From Candidatus Latescibacterota bacterium (lineage in GTDB: Bacteria > Latescibacterota > UBA2968), in NCBI GenBank assembly GCA_965204375.1, contig OZ241986.1:3328001-3392000 (forward strand): DNA of 64,000 bases. The letters are read 5' to 3'. This document shows, one piece after another, positions 28,891 through 39,117 of the stretch (position 1 is its first letter; every line of letters begins with the position of its first letter). A model generated the notes under the pieces. It did no database searches, was not told the origin of the DNA, and worked only from the letters and a program-made list of their open reading frames with translations. A program made the position numbers and the translations under genes.

Positions 28891-31035
28891 ATGCAAAAAC
28901 CCAAACGCGAAATCACAATTTCCAATCGCTATCTCTACTTCTACGCCAGCCTGGTCAAACGCATCTACGGTCTGATCATCCGAAATGAACACAAAAACCA
29001 ACCCAACGAGCGCTACACGGGCCATCTGGATGAAGATGGAATACCGATTTCCCAGGATGCGTCCCATACAAAAGGCAGACTACCCGGCATACCTGTCCAG
29101 GATGAAATTATCCTGTTTCGCTTTCGAAAACGCCTGCTCATAGGAACATGCCAGGCTGTTTTGCCCCGCAAAATTTCCGAAATCACAGTTTTATCAGAAG
29201 ATGGTCGGCGCCTCCGCTTTCGCCACACCAACCTCGTGTATCTCACCGGCACCTCATCAACCGATGTACCACTCAAAACTTATGCAACGGCCGTCCGCGC
29301 TTTGAGCCGAGAAATAGACCTCGAAGCCGTCTGGGAAATCGCCGTTGAATCTGCAACTCCGCTTCCGCTTTCAGAAATCGCCGACCTCTTCTACAACACA
29401 GAAATCGATGCGACGCAATGGATTGCCCTCTATCTTCACCTGCACCATGCCTCTCCTTATTTTCAGCCACAATCTTCCAACTCGTATTCGCCCTATACGG
29501 CTGGTCAAGTACATGTCCTCCACCAACGCGACAAACTTAGAAAAAATCGGGATGAAGAACGCGAAGAATTTATCCACGCCATGGCGAATCCTGACGAATC
29601 CATCGCAGAACACACGCTGACTCCACGCCAGCAAACCTATCTGGAACAGATTCGACAATACGCATTGTGGGGCAGCGAATCCCAACGCGCAACCCACGCT
29701 CAGGCATTGATCTCTGAAATTTGCAAAACAAAAAAAAACCGCCAAAAATCCGCAGTCGAACTACTCATCAAAAAAAATGTCTGGAAACGCGATCAAAACC
29801 TCGACTTGCTCCGCGCCGAAGTTCCAACTGCATTTTCAGACCTCGCCATTCGCCAGGCAGAAACACTCGCGCCCGCTTATGGAAACCGAAAAAAACAACC
29901 CGTCTTTGTAATACACCCGCCCGATCACCCAAACATCGCCCTCTCATATCGTCGCCGGCTCTTTGGAGGCGCAGAGTTTGGCGTACACATTCCAGATATC
30001 GGCGCACTCATCCCCAAAGATTCACACATCGACCGCGACGCTGCCGAACGCATGGTGCACATTCCCTTTCCCGATCATCCCATTTCCCTGCTACCCACGC
30101 GCTTTGCTCACGACCTGGGCCAATTCCAAAGCGACAAAACGCATCCAGCACTCAGCATCTTCTGGCGCGTGAATCGGGCTGGTCGCATCAAAGATTTTTG
30201 TATCGCGCAAACGGCCGCAATCAACAAAGCGGACCTTTCAACTGAAAACATCGACCAGGCACTAAACGACCCCGCGCACCCGCAGCACCGCGCCATACGA
30301 TTCTTCTCGCAATTATCCGCGCGTCTCCGCAAAACGCGGCAAACGAACATGCACGACCTCGAAGAACAATCACCTCCCAACCACGCGCATCACATCGCCC
30401 GTGAACTATCCCTGCTTGCAGGTATAGCTGCTGGTCGGTGGTGCGATAATAAAGGGATCCCCGCAATTTACGAAATGCGCGACCCCATTGAAAATATTGA
30501 GTCCATCATACAAATTCCCCATCCCGTCGTGCGCCACCACGAACTTCACCGCCAGATCCCGAACATCGGCCTCAACACAACGCCAGAAACACATCACGGC
30601 TATGGCATATCGCATTATTGTCCCATCACTCAACCCACAATCAGATACACAGACCTGGTGATGCAACGCCAGATCGATCACTACCTTAAAACCGAGCAAT
30701 CCCTTTACACAGTTGACGACCTCAACACCCTGCGCTACCGCATGTGGGAAACTCAGGATCTCATCGACGACCTGGTACACCGCCGTATCCGCGATTTGAT
30801 GTTACAATCGTGGGAAAATCAAATTGGTCGAGAATTTCGCGCCGTAGTTCTCCACCTCAAAATGCGCGGCGTCCTCGTCGAACTCCTCGACCATCCCTTC
30901 AAAACCGTCATCTATCCGGGTTATCCCGTAGAGATCGGTGACGAAATCGACCTGCGCCTGACGGGTATTGATCGCTGGAAAGGCTGGGCACACTTCACGG
31001 AAAAAACCTACCAGCAATCAGCAGTCGGCTTTTAG
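28891..31035 (+). CDS. RNB (RNase II/R family) domain protein with C-terminal S1-like domain; catalytic motif degenerate
   Basis: GVHIPD, IDRDAAER, PALS, PETHHGYG..HY...T.P..RYTDL..QRQ; start codon uncertain. Confidence 0.75.
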   Translation: MQKPKREITISNRYLYFYASLVKRIYGLIIRNEHKNQPNERYTGHLDEDGIPISQDASHTKGRLPGIPVQDEIILFRFRKRLLIGTCQAVLPRKISEITVLSEDGRRLRFRHTNLVYLTGTSSTDVPLKTYATAVRALSREIDLEAVWEIAVESATPLPLSEIADLFYNTEIDATQWIALYLHLHHASPYFQPQSSNSYSPYTAGQVHVLHQRDKLRKNRDEEREEFIHAMANPDESIAEHTLTPRQQTYLEQIRQYALWGSESQRATHAQALISEICKTKKNRQKSAVELLIKKNVWKRDQNLDLLRAEVPTAFSDLAIRQAETLAPAYGNRKKQPVFVIHPPDHPNIALSYRRRLFGGAEFGVHIPDIGALIPKDSHIDRDAAERMVHIPFPDHPISLLPTRFAHDLGQFQSDKTHPALSIFWRVNRAGRIKDFCIAQTAAINKADLSTENIDQALNDPAHPQHRAIRFFSQLSARLRKTRQTNMHDLEEQSPPNHAHHIARELSLLAGIAAGRWCDNKGIPAIYEMRDPIENIESIIQIPHPVVRHHELHRQIPNIGLNTTPETHHGYGISHYCPITQPTIRYTDLVMQRQIDHYLKTEQSLYTVDDLNTLRYRMWETQDLIDDLVHRRIRDLMLQSWENQIGREFRAVVLHLKMRGVLVELLDHPFKTVIYPGYPVEIGDEIDLRLTGIDRWKGWAHFTEKTYQQSAVGF

Positions 31036-31061
31036 CCCCCAGTTCCCAGCCTCTCTTTTTT

Positions 31062-31087
31062 ATCTGCGTCATCTGCGTCATCTGCGG
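31062..31087 (+). repeat. Short 9-bp tandem repeat ATCTGCGTC (about 3 copies)
   Basis: atctgcgtc atctgcgtc atctgcgg in the convergent intergenic gap. Confidence 0.7.
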
Positions 31088-31088
31088 A

Positions 31089-31682
31089 TCACCCTTCCCA
31101 CGCCGGATACAAATCGTGCTCAATGCCCAATAGACTCAAAATTCGACCAACGACAAAATCCGCCAAATCATCGAACGTCTCCGGCTTTTGATAAAATGCT
31201 GGCATCGCCGGCACCACAACAGCACCCGCTTCGGCCACCGCCACCATATTGCGCAATTGAATCAAATTCATCGGCGTCTCCCGCGGCACAATGATGAGCG
31301 TCCGACGTTCTTTCAACGCGACATCAGCGGCGCGCTCAATCAAATTACGCGATAACCCATGTGCTATACTCGCCAGTGTTTTCATCGAACACGGCACCAC
31401 CACCATGCCGTCTGATCGCGCCGAACCACTTGCCAGCGTTGCAGCGAGATTCTTAAACGGATGCAGAGCCATATTATCCACCGAAACACCGTAAAGTTCC
31501 CGAATGAACCCGCCAAAATTTTGCTGTTTTCCCTCAAACCCCGTCTCGTCTCGCAGCAACATCCAGCCAAATTCGGATATCACCACATCTACCGCAACCT
31601 CGCGCATCAGCAATGCGCGCAACGTGCGCAGCGCATAAATGGCCCCACTTGCCCCGGTAATTGCAACCGTAATTCGTCCCAT
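31089..31682 (-). CDS. ubiX: Flavin prenyltransferase UbiX
   Basis: ITGASGAIY, LASGS, PCSMKTL, RAADV.LKERR, PRETP, PAMPAFYQKP. Confidence 0.93.
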   Translation of the reverse strand: MGRITVAITGASGAIYALRTLRALLMREVAVDVVISEFGWMLLRDETGFEGKQQNFGGFIRELYGVSVDNMALHPFKNLAATLASGSARSDGMVVVPCSMKTLASIAHGLSRNLIERAADVALKERRTLIIVPRETPMNLIQLRNMVAVAEAGAVVVPAMPAFYQKPETFDDLADFVVGRILSLLGIEHDLYPAWEG

Positions 31683-31701
31683 AGCAAACAGGTCTCCAGG
31701 A

Positions 31702-32556
31702 TTACAACAACAAATCGGCCAGCGTCCCCGCAAAATACACCACACTAACCACACCATTCATCGTCAAAGACGCCATACCCGCTTTTGACAAATCCCGATG
31801 TCTCACCAGATAATGCTCGTAAATCAGCAAACCGCCCACGCACACCACGCCAACCACATAAAACACTCCCAGTTCAAACACCTGGCCCACGCACACCATC
31901 AAACCAAAAGCAATCACATGAAATATTCGCGCAATCCACAATGCGGGACCAATCCCAAATTTCTGCGGAATCGAATACGCCCCAAACTGCCGATCAAACT
32001 CGACATCCTGACAGGCGTAAATCACGTCAAACCCCGCGACCCACATCAACACCGCCCCACCGAGCAGTAAAATCTTCGCATCCAATTGGCCCGTCACTGC
32101 AATCCATGCTCCCACTGGCGCGAGAGACAATGCCAAACCGAGAAAAAGCTGTGTAGCCCACGTAAAACGCTTTGTATAAGAATAAAAAAACACAATGCCC
32201 AATGCCACGGGCGACAGCATCAAACACAGTGGATTTAACTTATACGCCGCAACAACGAGTAACGCGGAAAAAACGCACACAAACACTTTCACAGCACCCG
32301 CGGAAATAACCCCTTGCGGCAACTCGCGATTGGCAGTACGCGGATTGGCCTCATCCATTTCCCGATCCACAAGCCGATTAAAACCCATGGCCGCACTTCT
32401 CGCGCCCACCATCGCCACCACAATCCAGAACACCTGTTCGTACGAAATCCCATGTCCAGCCGCCGCCAATACCGCACCCGAAAGCGCAAATGGCAAGGCA
32501 AAAATACTGTGGCCAAATTTAATCATCCGACCATAAGTGACAATACCCTCAATCAT
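31702..32556 (-). CDS. UbiA family prenyltransferase (MqnP-like)
   Basis: IKF.HSIFALPF, RSAAMGFNRLVDR..D..NPRT..RELP, YSYTKRF, GFDVIYACQD. Confidence 0.88.
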   Translation of the reverse strand: MIEGIVTYGRMIKFGHSIFALPFALSGAVLAAAGHGISYEQVFWIVVAMVGARSAAMGFNRLVDREMDEANPRTANRELPQGVISAGAVKVFVCVFSALLVVAAYKLNPLCLMLSPVALGIVFFYSYTKRFTWATQLFLGLALSLAPVGAWIAVTGQLDAKILLLGGAVLMWVAGFDVIYACQDVEFDRQFGAYSIPQKFGIGPALWIARIFHVIAFGLMVCVGQVFELGVFYVVGVVCVGGLLIYEHYLVRHRDLSKAGMASLTMNGVVSVVYFAGTLADLLL

Positions 32557-32563
32557 CACCGTC

Positions 32564-33427
32564 TTACCTTTGCCGGATAAACTTTTGCAATCGGGCATCT
32601 GTCTGCACTTCTCCAACATACAAATCGCCGTGTGAATCCAACCAGATACCGTGCGGACACTTTTTGAACTCACCCGGGATATCGCTTTCAACACCGCGCC
32701 CCCACTCGGACAATTTCTCGCCATCAACCGTCCAGATACTCACCCGCTGATCCAACTCCGCGATATAAACCACGCCATCGTCGTCATCAATATAAACAGT
32801 ATCGGGATGGTGCAAACCCGTCCACTCCCCCTGGAAATTACCCTCGGTGTCAAAAAATTGAATGCGATTATTGCTCCGATCCGCCACCCACAAACGGTCA
32901 TCTTTATCGACCCGCACAGAATGCACCAGATCAAATTGCCCCGGACCAGTACCCGGTTCCCCCCAGGACTTGATCAACTCGCCATCGGGTGTGAACTTGT
33001 GCATTCTCGCATTGCCATACCCATCGGACACGTACATAAACCCCTGAGAATCAAACGCCACATCGGTCGGCAACCGAAACGGCTCGCCCTCATCGCCTTC
33101 CCGATCCGGCGTCCCCACCGTCATCAACAACTCGCCATCACAGCTAAACTTCCGCAAACAATGCGTGTTGCGCTCCACACAATAGACGTGATCCTCCGCA
33201 TCGATATAAATGCCATGCGCATCCTTTAACACATCTTCGCCCCACGAAGATAAAAAATTGCCTTCGCGATCAAATACCACCATCGGGTGCTCGCTGCGAC
33301 TATACACGTAAACGCGGTCCTGCGAATCAACGGCCACCGCCGGTACCCATCCAAACGACCAGCCTTCGGGTAGCGACCACCAATTTTCCTGCACCGTATA
33401 GACATAATCACCTTGTCCGAATGTCAT
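32564..33427 (-). CDS. NHL-repeat beta-propeller protein (PAL-like)
   Basis: Repeats VAVDSQDRVYV, PTDVAFD..G.MYVSDGYGN, GPGQFDLVH, VADRSNNRIQ, PHGIW.D. Confidence 0.85.
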   Translation of the reverse strand: MTFGQGDYVYTVQENWWSLPEGWSFGWVPAVAVDSQDRVYVYSRSEHPMVVFDREGNFLSSWGEDVLKDAHGIYIDAEDHVYCVERNTHCLRKFSCDGELLMTVGTPDREGDEGEPFRLPTDVAFDSQGFMYVSDGYGNARMHKFTPDGELIKSWGEPGTGPGQFDLVHSVRVDKDDRLWVADRSNNRIQFFDTEGNFQGEWTGLHHPDTVYIDDDDGVVYIAELDQRVSIWTVDGEKLSEWGRGVESDIPGEFKKCPHGIWLDSHGDLYVGEVQTDARLQKFIRQR

Positions 33428-33500
33428 CCTATCCTCCTTGTAAAAAAGCAAAAAAAATCTCCTGTCATTGCAATATACACTACAATTTAGAGGTACAAAG

Positions 33501-33531
33501 AAAAAAGCTCCGGGAATCCAGAGCTTTTTTT
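33501..33531. terminator. Intrinsic terminator after the metalloprotease gene
   Basis: AAAAAAGCTC-cgggaatcca-GAGCTTTTTT. Confidence 0.7.
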
Positions 33532-33548
33532 CGGGAAATTATCGCATA

Positions 33549-36065
33549 TCAAGCAGTTCTACCAAAAACACTGGTAAACAAAATAAAATCGCCAAAATTG
33601 ACCTGACCATCCCCATTTAAATCAAAACGCGCATCGGGACTCTCAGCACCAAAAGCGGCGACAAACAGGAGAAAATCGCCAAAGTCGATCTTGCCACTGC
33701 CATCAAAATCCGCTTTACCGGCTATCTCCCGCAAAGGTAGAAATACCGCTGGCTGAGAGCGCAACGCTATACCGCGCGGCATATTCTCAAAATTCAGCGT
33801 TCTCAAAATTTGAAACGACTCTGCATCAAAAATAACCAGCTCATTCGAATTCTGGTTCGCCACATATACCTGCGACCCGTCGCGCGACACAAACAAAGAG
33901 CGCGTCTCTTCACCTTCGGGCAAAACCTTTACAGTATTCACAACGCGATTTTGCGCCACATCGACGACGACCAATTGGGCATTCAAGCGGTCTGTCGCAT
34001 ACAACCGGGATCCATCTGGCGATAAAGCGAGGCGAAATATCCCACCATCCATACGAATCGTTGTCACCACAGACTCCGCATCGGTATCAATCACCGCAAC
34101 ACCACCACCGCCATCGTCATCGAAGTCCCCCCCCGACACATACAACCGCTTCCCATCCGCAGATATAACCAGTGACCGGGGTTCCTCAATTACATCAATG
34201 CGACCAATAGTCGCCCTGCGTGCGGTATCGATAACCAGCACCTGATTGCCATTGATATCTGTGACATAAAGCCGCTTTCCATCCGGGTGAATCGCCACGC
34301 CATAAGGACCGCGATCTCCGCTAATCGGCACCCGAATGCGAGAACGCACAGTCAAACTCGCCACATCTATAACCGAAATACTCTTAGACTCTGAATTGGT
34401 GACATAGACCAGTTGCCCATCCGCGCTCAAAGCGAGATCCAAAGGCGCAGTATCAACCTCAATATTCGCCGCCACTTGATGCGTAGCGGTCTCGATAACC
34501 GTGACCCGATTCTCAGATGTACCGGCAGATCCCCCCGTATTGGCGACAAACAAATAGCGCTGATCCCGCGTCATCAAAACGCTCAAGGGCACCACGCCAG
34601 TGGGAATGTGCGCCACCTCTTCGCCCGTACCCATATCGATAACAACCACTACATCGGCATCTCGCAATGCAACAAAAAGTACAGGCGATCCAGAAAGTGA
34701 TATCACATCGAATTGCAGCATGGGCAAATCAGACGCTGGCGAAGGCGTCTCATTGCCATCGCCATCGCGCGCGACCACCCGATATTCAACCCTCGACCCC
34801 ACACCTTGTCCGTCGAGTTCAGCGGCAAAAATATCGTTACCCGTAGGAATCATTGGCAGCACCTGCTCGCCCCCACCATTGATCCGATAACGCAGCTCCA
34901 CAGTCGCCACCCCTGTATTATCGGTCACCCTTGCTGAAAAGCGATAGGGACCATTGGGATCGGGCGTATTGACTGGAAAAATAGTCTCCCGAATAAAGGG
35001 TGCGCCCGGCGCAGAAGGCCCAATCGCAAAATCGATATTTTCTATAACGCGGTCGATTTCAACGCGTATGATCTGGGCATTATCTTGCACAAACGCATTA
35101 TTATAGTACTCTTTGTCTAATCTTTCCTCATATAACGTCTGGAAAATACCGCCAAAATTATCAGCAGAAATGGCGCCATGGTGTTGCTCAATCGCAATGT
35201 GATAATCGCCCGGGGGCAATCCGAGAATTTCATATCGACCATCGCCATTGGGTCCCTTTTGTTCACCGGCCGTCCCCGACAGAACACTCGCGACAAACAC
35301 CTCTGTTCCCGCCTGATAAGCCACCACATGCACGCCAAATGCGGGCCCATCCGCACTCAAGATCTGCCCACGCACACCACCAGTTACCCCTTCCACAGGG
35401 TATATCGCCGTTATCCCGGCGCGATCATCAACTTCCAGAGAACGCTCTGCACGCGGTGCCGAACCCGAAGTATAGGGAAACATTGTCGCGCGCAATTCGG
35501 GTTCACCCACCCAGGGGCTATGATCCAGCCCCAACAAATGACCGATTTCATGCGTCATCACAGCTTGAAGATCGGTCATATTCTCAGGTGTGTTATTCTC
35601 CTCAATCGAAAACTGATGATCTCGCCCATTAAAAATAATATCCGTATCCGTAATAAGACCGTCGTCGTTATTGATAACCCGTGCGACTGCAATGACCCCC
35701 GTACCCTCGGGTGCGCCTATAATCTCTCCCGTCGCATCGTAAATGATCACATTGCGATTGTCATTACCCGACGCTTCAAGCTGTGCTGTCCCTTCATATT
35801 CAAATGTAATAAATGCCGACGGCACCGCACCCCAGTCGTTAAATCCCCGCTGTGCAATCCGCACCACCTCGGCCTCGGGAAAGGGAAAACTTCCGGTATT
35901 GACCACAAAGGGAATACCAGCCTCAGCCCGAGAAGGCGACCAGCGAAGTGTCACAATACGTCCACGCGAATTTTGTTCTGTTAGAATCACATACCCTTCC
36001 GCACCAACCCACAGAACGAGCAAAAGACCGACAACACATATTTTTTTCACAATATCAATCCTCAT
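33549..36065 (-). CDS. Secreted matrixin (M10-like) metalloprotease + Ig-like + YVTN beta-propeller + dockerin-like tail
   Basis: Signal peptide; HEIGHLLGLDH with Met-turn ATMFP; YVTN/YVAN repeats; tail DFDGSGKIDFGDF...DLNGDGQVNFGDF. Confidence 0.85.
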   Translation of the reverse strand: MRIDIVKKICVVGLLLVLWVGAEGYVILTEQNSRGRIVTLRWSPSRAEAGIPFVVNTGSFPFPEAEVVRIAQRGFNDWGAVPSAFITFEYEGTAQLEASGNDNRNVIIYDATGEIIGAPEGTGVIAVARVINNDDGLITDTDIIFNGRDHQFSIEENNTPENMTDLQAVMTHEIGHLLGLDHSPWVGEPELRATMFPYTSGSAPRAERSLEVDDRAGITAIYPVEGVTGGVRGQILSADGPAFGVHVVAYQAGTEVFVASVLSGTAGEQKGPNGDGRYEILGLPPGDYHIAIEQHHGAISADNFGGIFQTLYEERLDKEYYNNAFVQDNAQIIRVEIDRVIENIDFAIGPSAPGAPFIRETIFPVNTPDPNGPYRFSARVTDNTGVATVELRYRINGGGEQVLPMIPTGNDIFAAELDGQGVGSRVEYRVVARDGDGNETPSPASDLPMLQFDVISLSGSPVLFVALRDADVVVVIDMGTGEEVAHIPTGVVPLSVLMTRDQRYLFVANTGGSAGTSENRVTVIETATHQVAANIEVDTAPLDLALSADGQLVYVTNSESKSISVIDVASLTVRSRIRVPISGDRGPYGVAIHPDGKRLYVTDINGNQVLVIDTARRATIGRIDVIEEPRSLVISADGKRLYVSGGDFDDDGGGGVAVIDTDAESVVTTIRMDGGIFRLALSPDGSRLYATDRLNAQLVVVDVAQNRVVNTVKVLPEGEETRSLFVSRDGSQVYVANQNSNELVIFDAESFQILRTLNFENMPRGIALRSQPAVFLPLREIAGKADFDGSGKIDFGDFLLFVAAFGAESPDARFDLNGDGQVNFGDFILFTSVFGRTA

Positions 36066-36447
36066 GTTTAAGTACCGGTTCTGATCCCGTTGCATCCACC
36101 ATCCAGACCTCGGCTTTGCCATCTCGATCAAAATCCGCTTCTGCATACGCCACGAAGCCATCCTCCGAAATAATCACCCGATAGCGAAAACGTCCGGGCG
36201 CATTATTGAGTTGTAAAATATCACCGTTATTTTTTTTATCGATAGGCAAATAAGTGCCATATTCGGCGAGATATGCGTGTTGTAGAGCCGCAATGCGTTG
36301 CAACATAATGCGAGCGCGTTCTCGTTCTGCATCTTCGGGCGTGCGATATGTAAACTGATAAAACAGCACCACGCACAGCATCACCAACAGTCCAATCACA
36401 ATACCCACTTGATGCAACTGATCTCGATATTTCGAAAAGAACATCAC
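36055..36447 (-). CDS. Pilin-like single-TM hypothetical protein
   Basis: N-terminal TM then A...LQRIAALQHAY..EYGTY, resembling a type IV pilin alpha1-C helix; no prepilin cleavage motif. Confidence 0.5.
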   Translation of the reverse strand: MMFFSKYRDQLHQVGIVIGLLVMLCVVLFYQFTYRTPEDAERERARIMLQRIAALQHAYLAEYGTYLPIDKKNNGDILQLNNAPGRFRYRVIISEDGFVAYAEADFDRDGKAEVWMVDATGSEPVLKHED

Positions 36448-38123
36448 GGACGCTCCTCACTGGTCGGCAACATCCACCAGATTTTGGATTCCAACTTCTC
36501 GACCTCCGTCTCCCATCGCGCCCGTACCTCCACAGTATCGGCACGCGCGACCAAAGGCTCCGCGGGCAAAAACGGATGGACTTGCCCAGACATCCACTGA
36601 CCATTGTGATCGCGATCCAAAAATCCAGAAATGCGATACGTCCCCGGAAGCAAATTTGTCAAACTAAACGTCGTATCCCGCAAAACCTGTTCCCGGAAAA
36701 AATCATGCGTCAACCCCTCCATCCATATCACAACATCAGGAGAAGATGTCGTCCCGGAAATATGCCCCAGAGCTGCGGTATCCATCACAGAAAAAACAAA
36801 CGAAATCGGTTCAGAAAGAACATTGCCACCAATATCCAATAGCCTTTCGCGATTTCCAATAAGCCGAATCGTCTCGCCACTCGTCCAGAGACTATCCGAT
36901 ATAAACACGAGATGATTGGGTGCAACCCATTCAAAACGTCCCTGCGGAACAACCGTCGAATCCGACGCTATCCAGAAGTCGGACACACCATCTACACGCA
37001 TCGCATCGGAAAACAACATGCGAATCACAGCCGTTGGCAAAACATTCTCGGCATTCTCCACCGGTGCGATTGCCAACACCTCTGGCGCGCGCCGATCGCG
37101 CGTACCATCGCCTCGCACCGTTGTATCTGTGGTATCGCGATTGCCCCACCGATCTGCGACATCGACCCGAGTTGTGTATTTCTCCCCCTGCGTTTGCGGT
37201 TCGGTAATCAACCCCACCCCACTCGAATCAACGGGATCTTGATATATTTCCAACACCGACAGGTTGGTTATTTCAACGCCCCAAACGCGCACCGGTTCAT
37301 CAAATCGCATCAAAACATGCTGTAGATCGGGCGTGCGTGCGGCAACGAGCGCAGGTGCTGACGTATCGCGCACCGCGAGTTTGAGATCGCCCAGGCGAAC
37401 GCGCCCCTCATCGGTAAGTGCCACATCGCCGGGCGGCAGTGCCAACAAGTCCCCAGATGAAAAAGTGCGATCATTGTTCTGATCGTCAAAAGCAAATATC
37501 CGGTAATTCCCAGAACCCAAACGCGGCAATACAAAATGACCCGCTTCATCCGGCTGCGTCACATAAGTAGGGCGATCTCTCCCTGGATCGGGTGCCGCCA
37601 CCACAGATAGATCATAAGCCCAAACAAAAACCTGTCCCCTCTCCTCCTTAGACTTCAACACCCGCCCATTGAGTTCCCCGCGATTTAAGCGATCCCCCGT
37701 CGCAAATCCAAAACTATAAGAAGCCCGCATGCGGTTGCGCCACTCATCCGCGCTCTCCTGCCCCACCGTAACCAGATACGTTCGGTCAGCTTGCAATCCA
37801 TCGGGCAACCGAATTTCCAGCACATCCCCACGCCACTTGAAACCGGGTTCCTCAGAACCCTGTGGGGAAACAAATAACGCCCGCTCGACCGACCTGCGAT
37901 CCATCGCTTCAGAAAAGCGAATGCGAATCGGCGTATCCAACCCGACTCGCACAGAATCATCTGCAGGCACTGTATCAACCACCCTCGGCGGCGTTTTATC
38001 GAGCGGTCCTCCCGGCGGAGGCATCTGCCGCGCACAGGCTATTAAAAAACAAAAAAAAACGTAAAACGTGAGACGCGAAACGCGAGCAATTGCCTGGCGA
38101 AAGTGTTGGTGATAATGCCACAT
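36444..38123 (-). CDS. Ig-like (Big_5) domain lipoprotein
   Basis: LIAC lipobox, PPPGGPLDKTPP, IRIRFSEAMD-type repeats. Confidence 0.82.
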   Translation of the reverse strand: MWHYHQHFRQAIARVSRLTFYVFFCFLIACARQMPPPGGPLDKTPPRVVDTVPADDSVRVGLDTPIRIRFSEAMDRRSVERALFVSPQGSEEPGFKWRGDVLEIRLPDGLQADRTYLVTVGQESADEWRNRMRASYSFGFATGDRLNRGELNGRVLKSKEERGQVFVWAYDLSVVAAPDPGRDRPTYVTQPDEAGHFVLPRLGSGNYRIFAFDDQNNDRTFSSGDLLALPPGDVALTDEGRVRLGDLKLAVRDTSAPALVAARTPDLQHVLMRFDEPVRVWGVEITNLSVLEIYQDPVDSSGVGLITEPQTQGEKYTTRVDVADRWGNRDTTDTTVRGDGTRDRRAPEVLAIAPVENAENVLPTAVIRMLFSDAMRVDGVSDFWIASDSTVVPQGRFEWVAPNHLVFISDSLWTSGETIRLIGNRERLLDIGGNVLSEPISFVFSVMDTAALGHISGTTSSPDVVIWMEGLTHDFFREQVLRDTTFSLTNLLPGTYRISGFLDRDHNGQWMSGQVHPFLPAEPLVARADTVEVRARWETEVEKLESKIWWMLPTSEERP

Positions 38124-38130
38124 TATTTCT

Positions 38131-39018
38131 TCACGCCCGTGGATGTGCTTGTCGATAGGCTCTTTTTAACCTTTCAACACTCACATGCGTATAAACCTGC
38201 GTGGTAGAAAGGCTCGCATGGCCGAGCAATTCTCTCACCGCATTGAGATCTGCCCCCGCATCTAACAGATGGGTTGCATAGGCGTGGCGCAATGCATGGG
38301 GGGACAAAGCGCGTCCGGTCGCCTTGCTGAGATACCGGACAACGCGACCTTGAATCCCACTCGGACTCAGCGGACGCCCAGACCGCGCCAAAAACAAGTG
38401 CCGTCCATCCGTCGTCTGTTCAGAAATCAGTTCCTCCCGCCGCATCAAATAAGCCACCAGCGCGACCCGAGCCGGTTCCCCAAAAGGAACCAATCGCTCC
38501 TTATTCCCCTTGCCCACAACCCGCACCAGTTTATCTGCCAGATCCACAGCCTCAATTTTAAGCCCCGCAAGCTCGCGCAACCGAATTCCCGCACTGTAAA
38601 ACAACTCCAAAATCGCCCGATCGCGCAATCCCAATACCGTATTGGGCGACGGCAGGGACATCGCGCGGGCAACCTCGTCAACATCCAGATAAACGGGCAA
38701 TATCTTATCCTGCCTGGGCGGGCGCACATCGAGTGCTGGATTCCGGTCCAAAACGCCCACACTGCACAAATAACTCAAAAACGTTCGCACCGCCGCCAGC
38801 TTTCGGGCAACAGACCGCCGACCAAATCCCTTATTATGCAAGAAGCTCAAAAAATCCCGCACCGCATTCCGATCGATCTGTTCCACACGATCCACCTGAC
38901 GCCCATGCAAAAAAGCGGCGAACTGGTCCAGATCCGTGCTATATGCCGCACACGTATGATCGGACAATCGCCGCTGCCGCGACAGATGGGTGAGGAATTG
39001 GGTAATAGATGTTTTCAT
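38131..39018 (-). CDS. xerC: Tyrosine recombinase XerC
   Basis: RDRAILELFYSAGIR, VGKGNKERLVP, SPHALRHAYATHLL, ELLGH..LSTTQVYTHV, AHPRA. Confidence 0.88.
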   Translation of the reverse strand: MKTSITQFLTHLSRQRRLSDHTCAAYSTDLDQFAAFLHGRQVDRVEQIDRNAVRDFLSFLHNKGFGRRSVARKLAAVRTFLSYLCSVGVLDRNPALDVRPPRQDKILPVYLDVDEVARAMSLPSPNTVLGLRDRAILELFYSAGIRLRELAGLKIEAVDLADKLVRVVGKGNKERLVPFGEPARVALVAYLMRREELISEQTTDGRHLFLARSGRPLSPSGIQGRVVRYLSKATGRALSPHALRHAYATHLLDAGADLNAVRELLGHASLSTTQVYTHVSVERLKRAYRQAHPRA

Positions 39019-39047
39019 GGCTAATCAAAAAATCGTCCGGACTATTG

Positions 39048-39080
39048 AGAAAAAGGACGCAATTACAATCTGCGTCCCTT
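39048..39080 (-). terminator. Intrinsic terminator between the accessory block and xerC
   Basis: Minus strand GGACGCA-gattgtaat-TGCGTCC-TTTTT. Confidence 0.65.
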
Positions 39081-39117
39081 CTTCTGTACCAGGTCTGTCT
39101 GCAAAATTCTTATGGAA

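Noticed and set aside
38131-39018. Island integrase
   Set aside because: 295-aa XerC-type protein ending AHPRA, with no arm-binding domain and no att repeats found; more likely housekeeping
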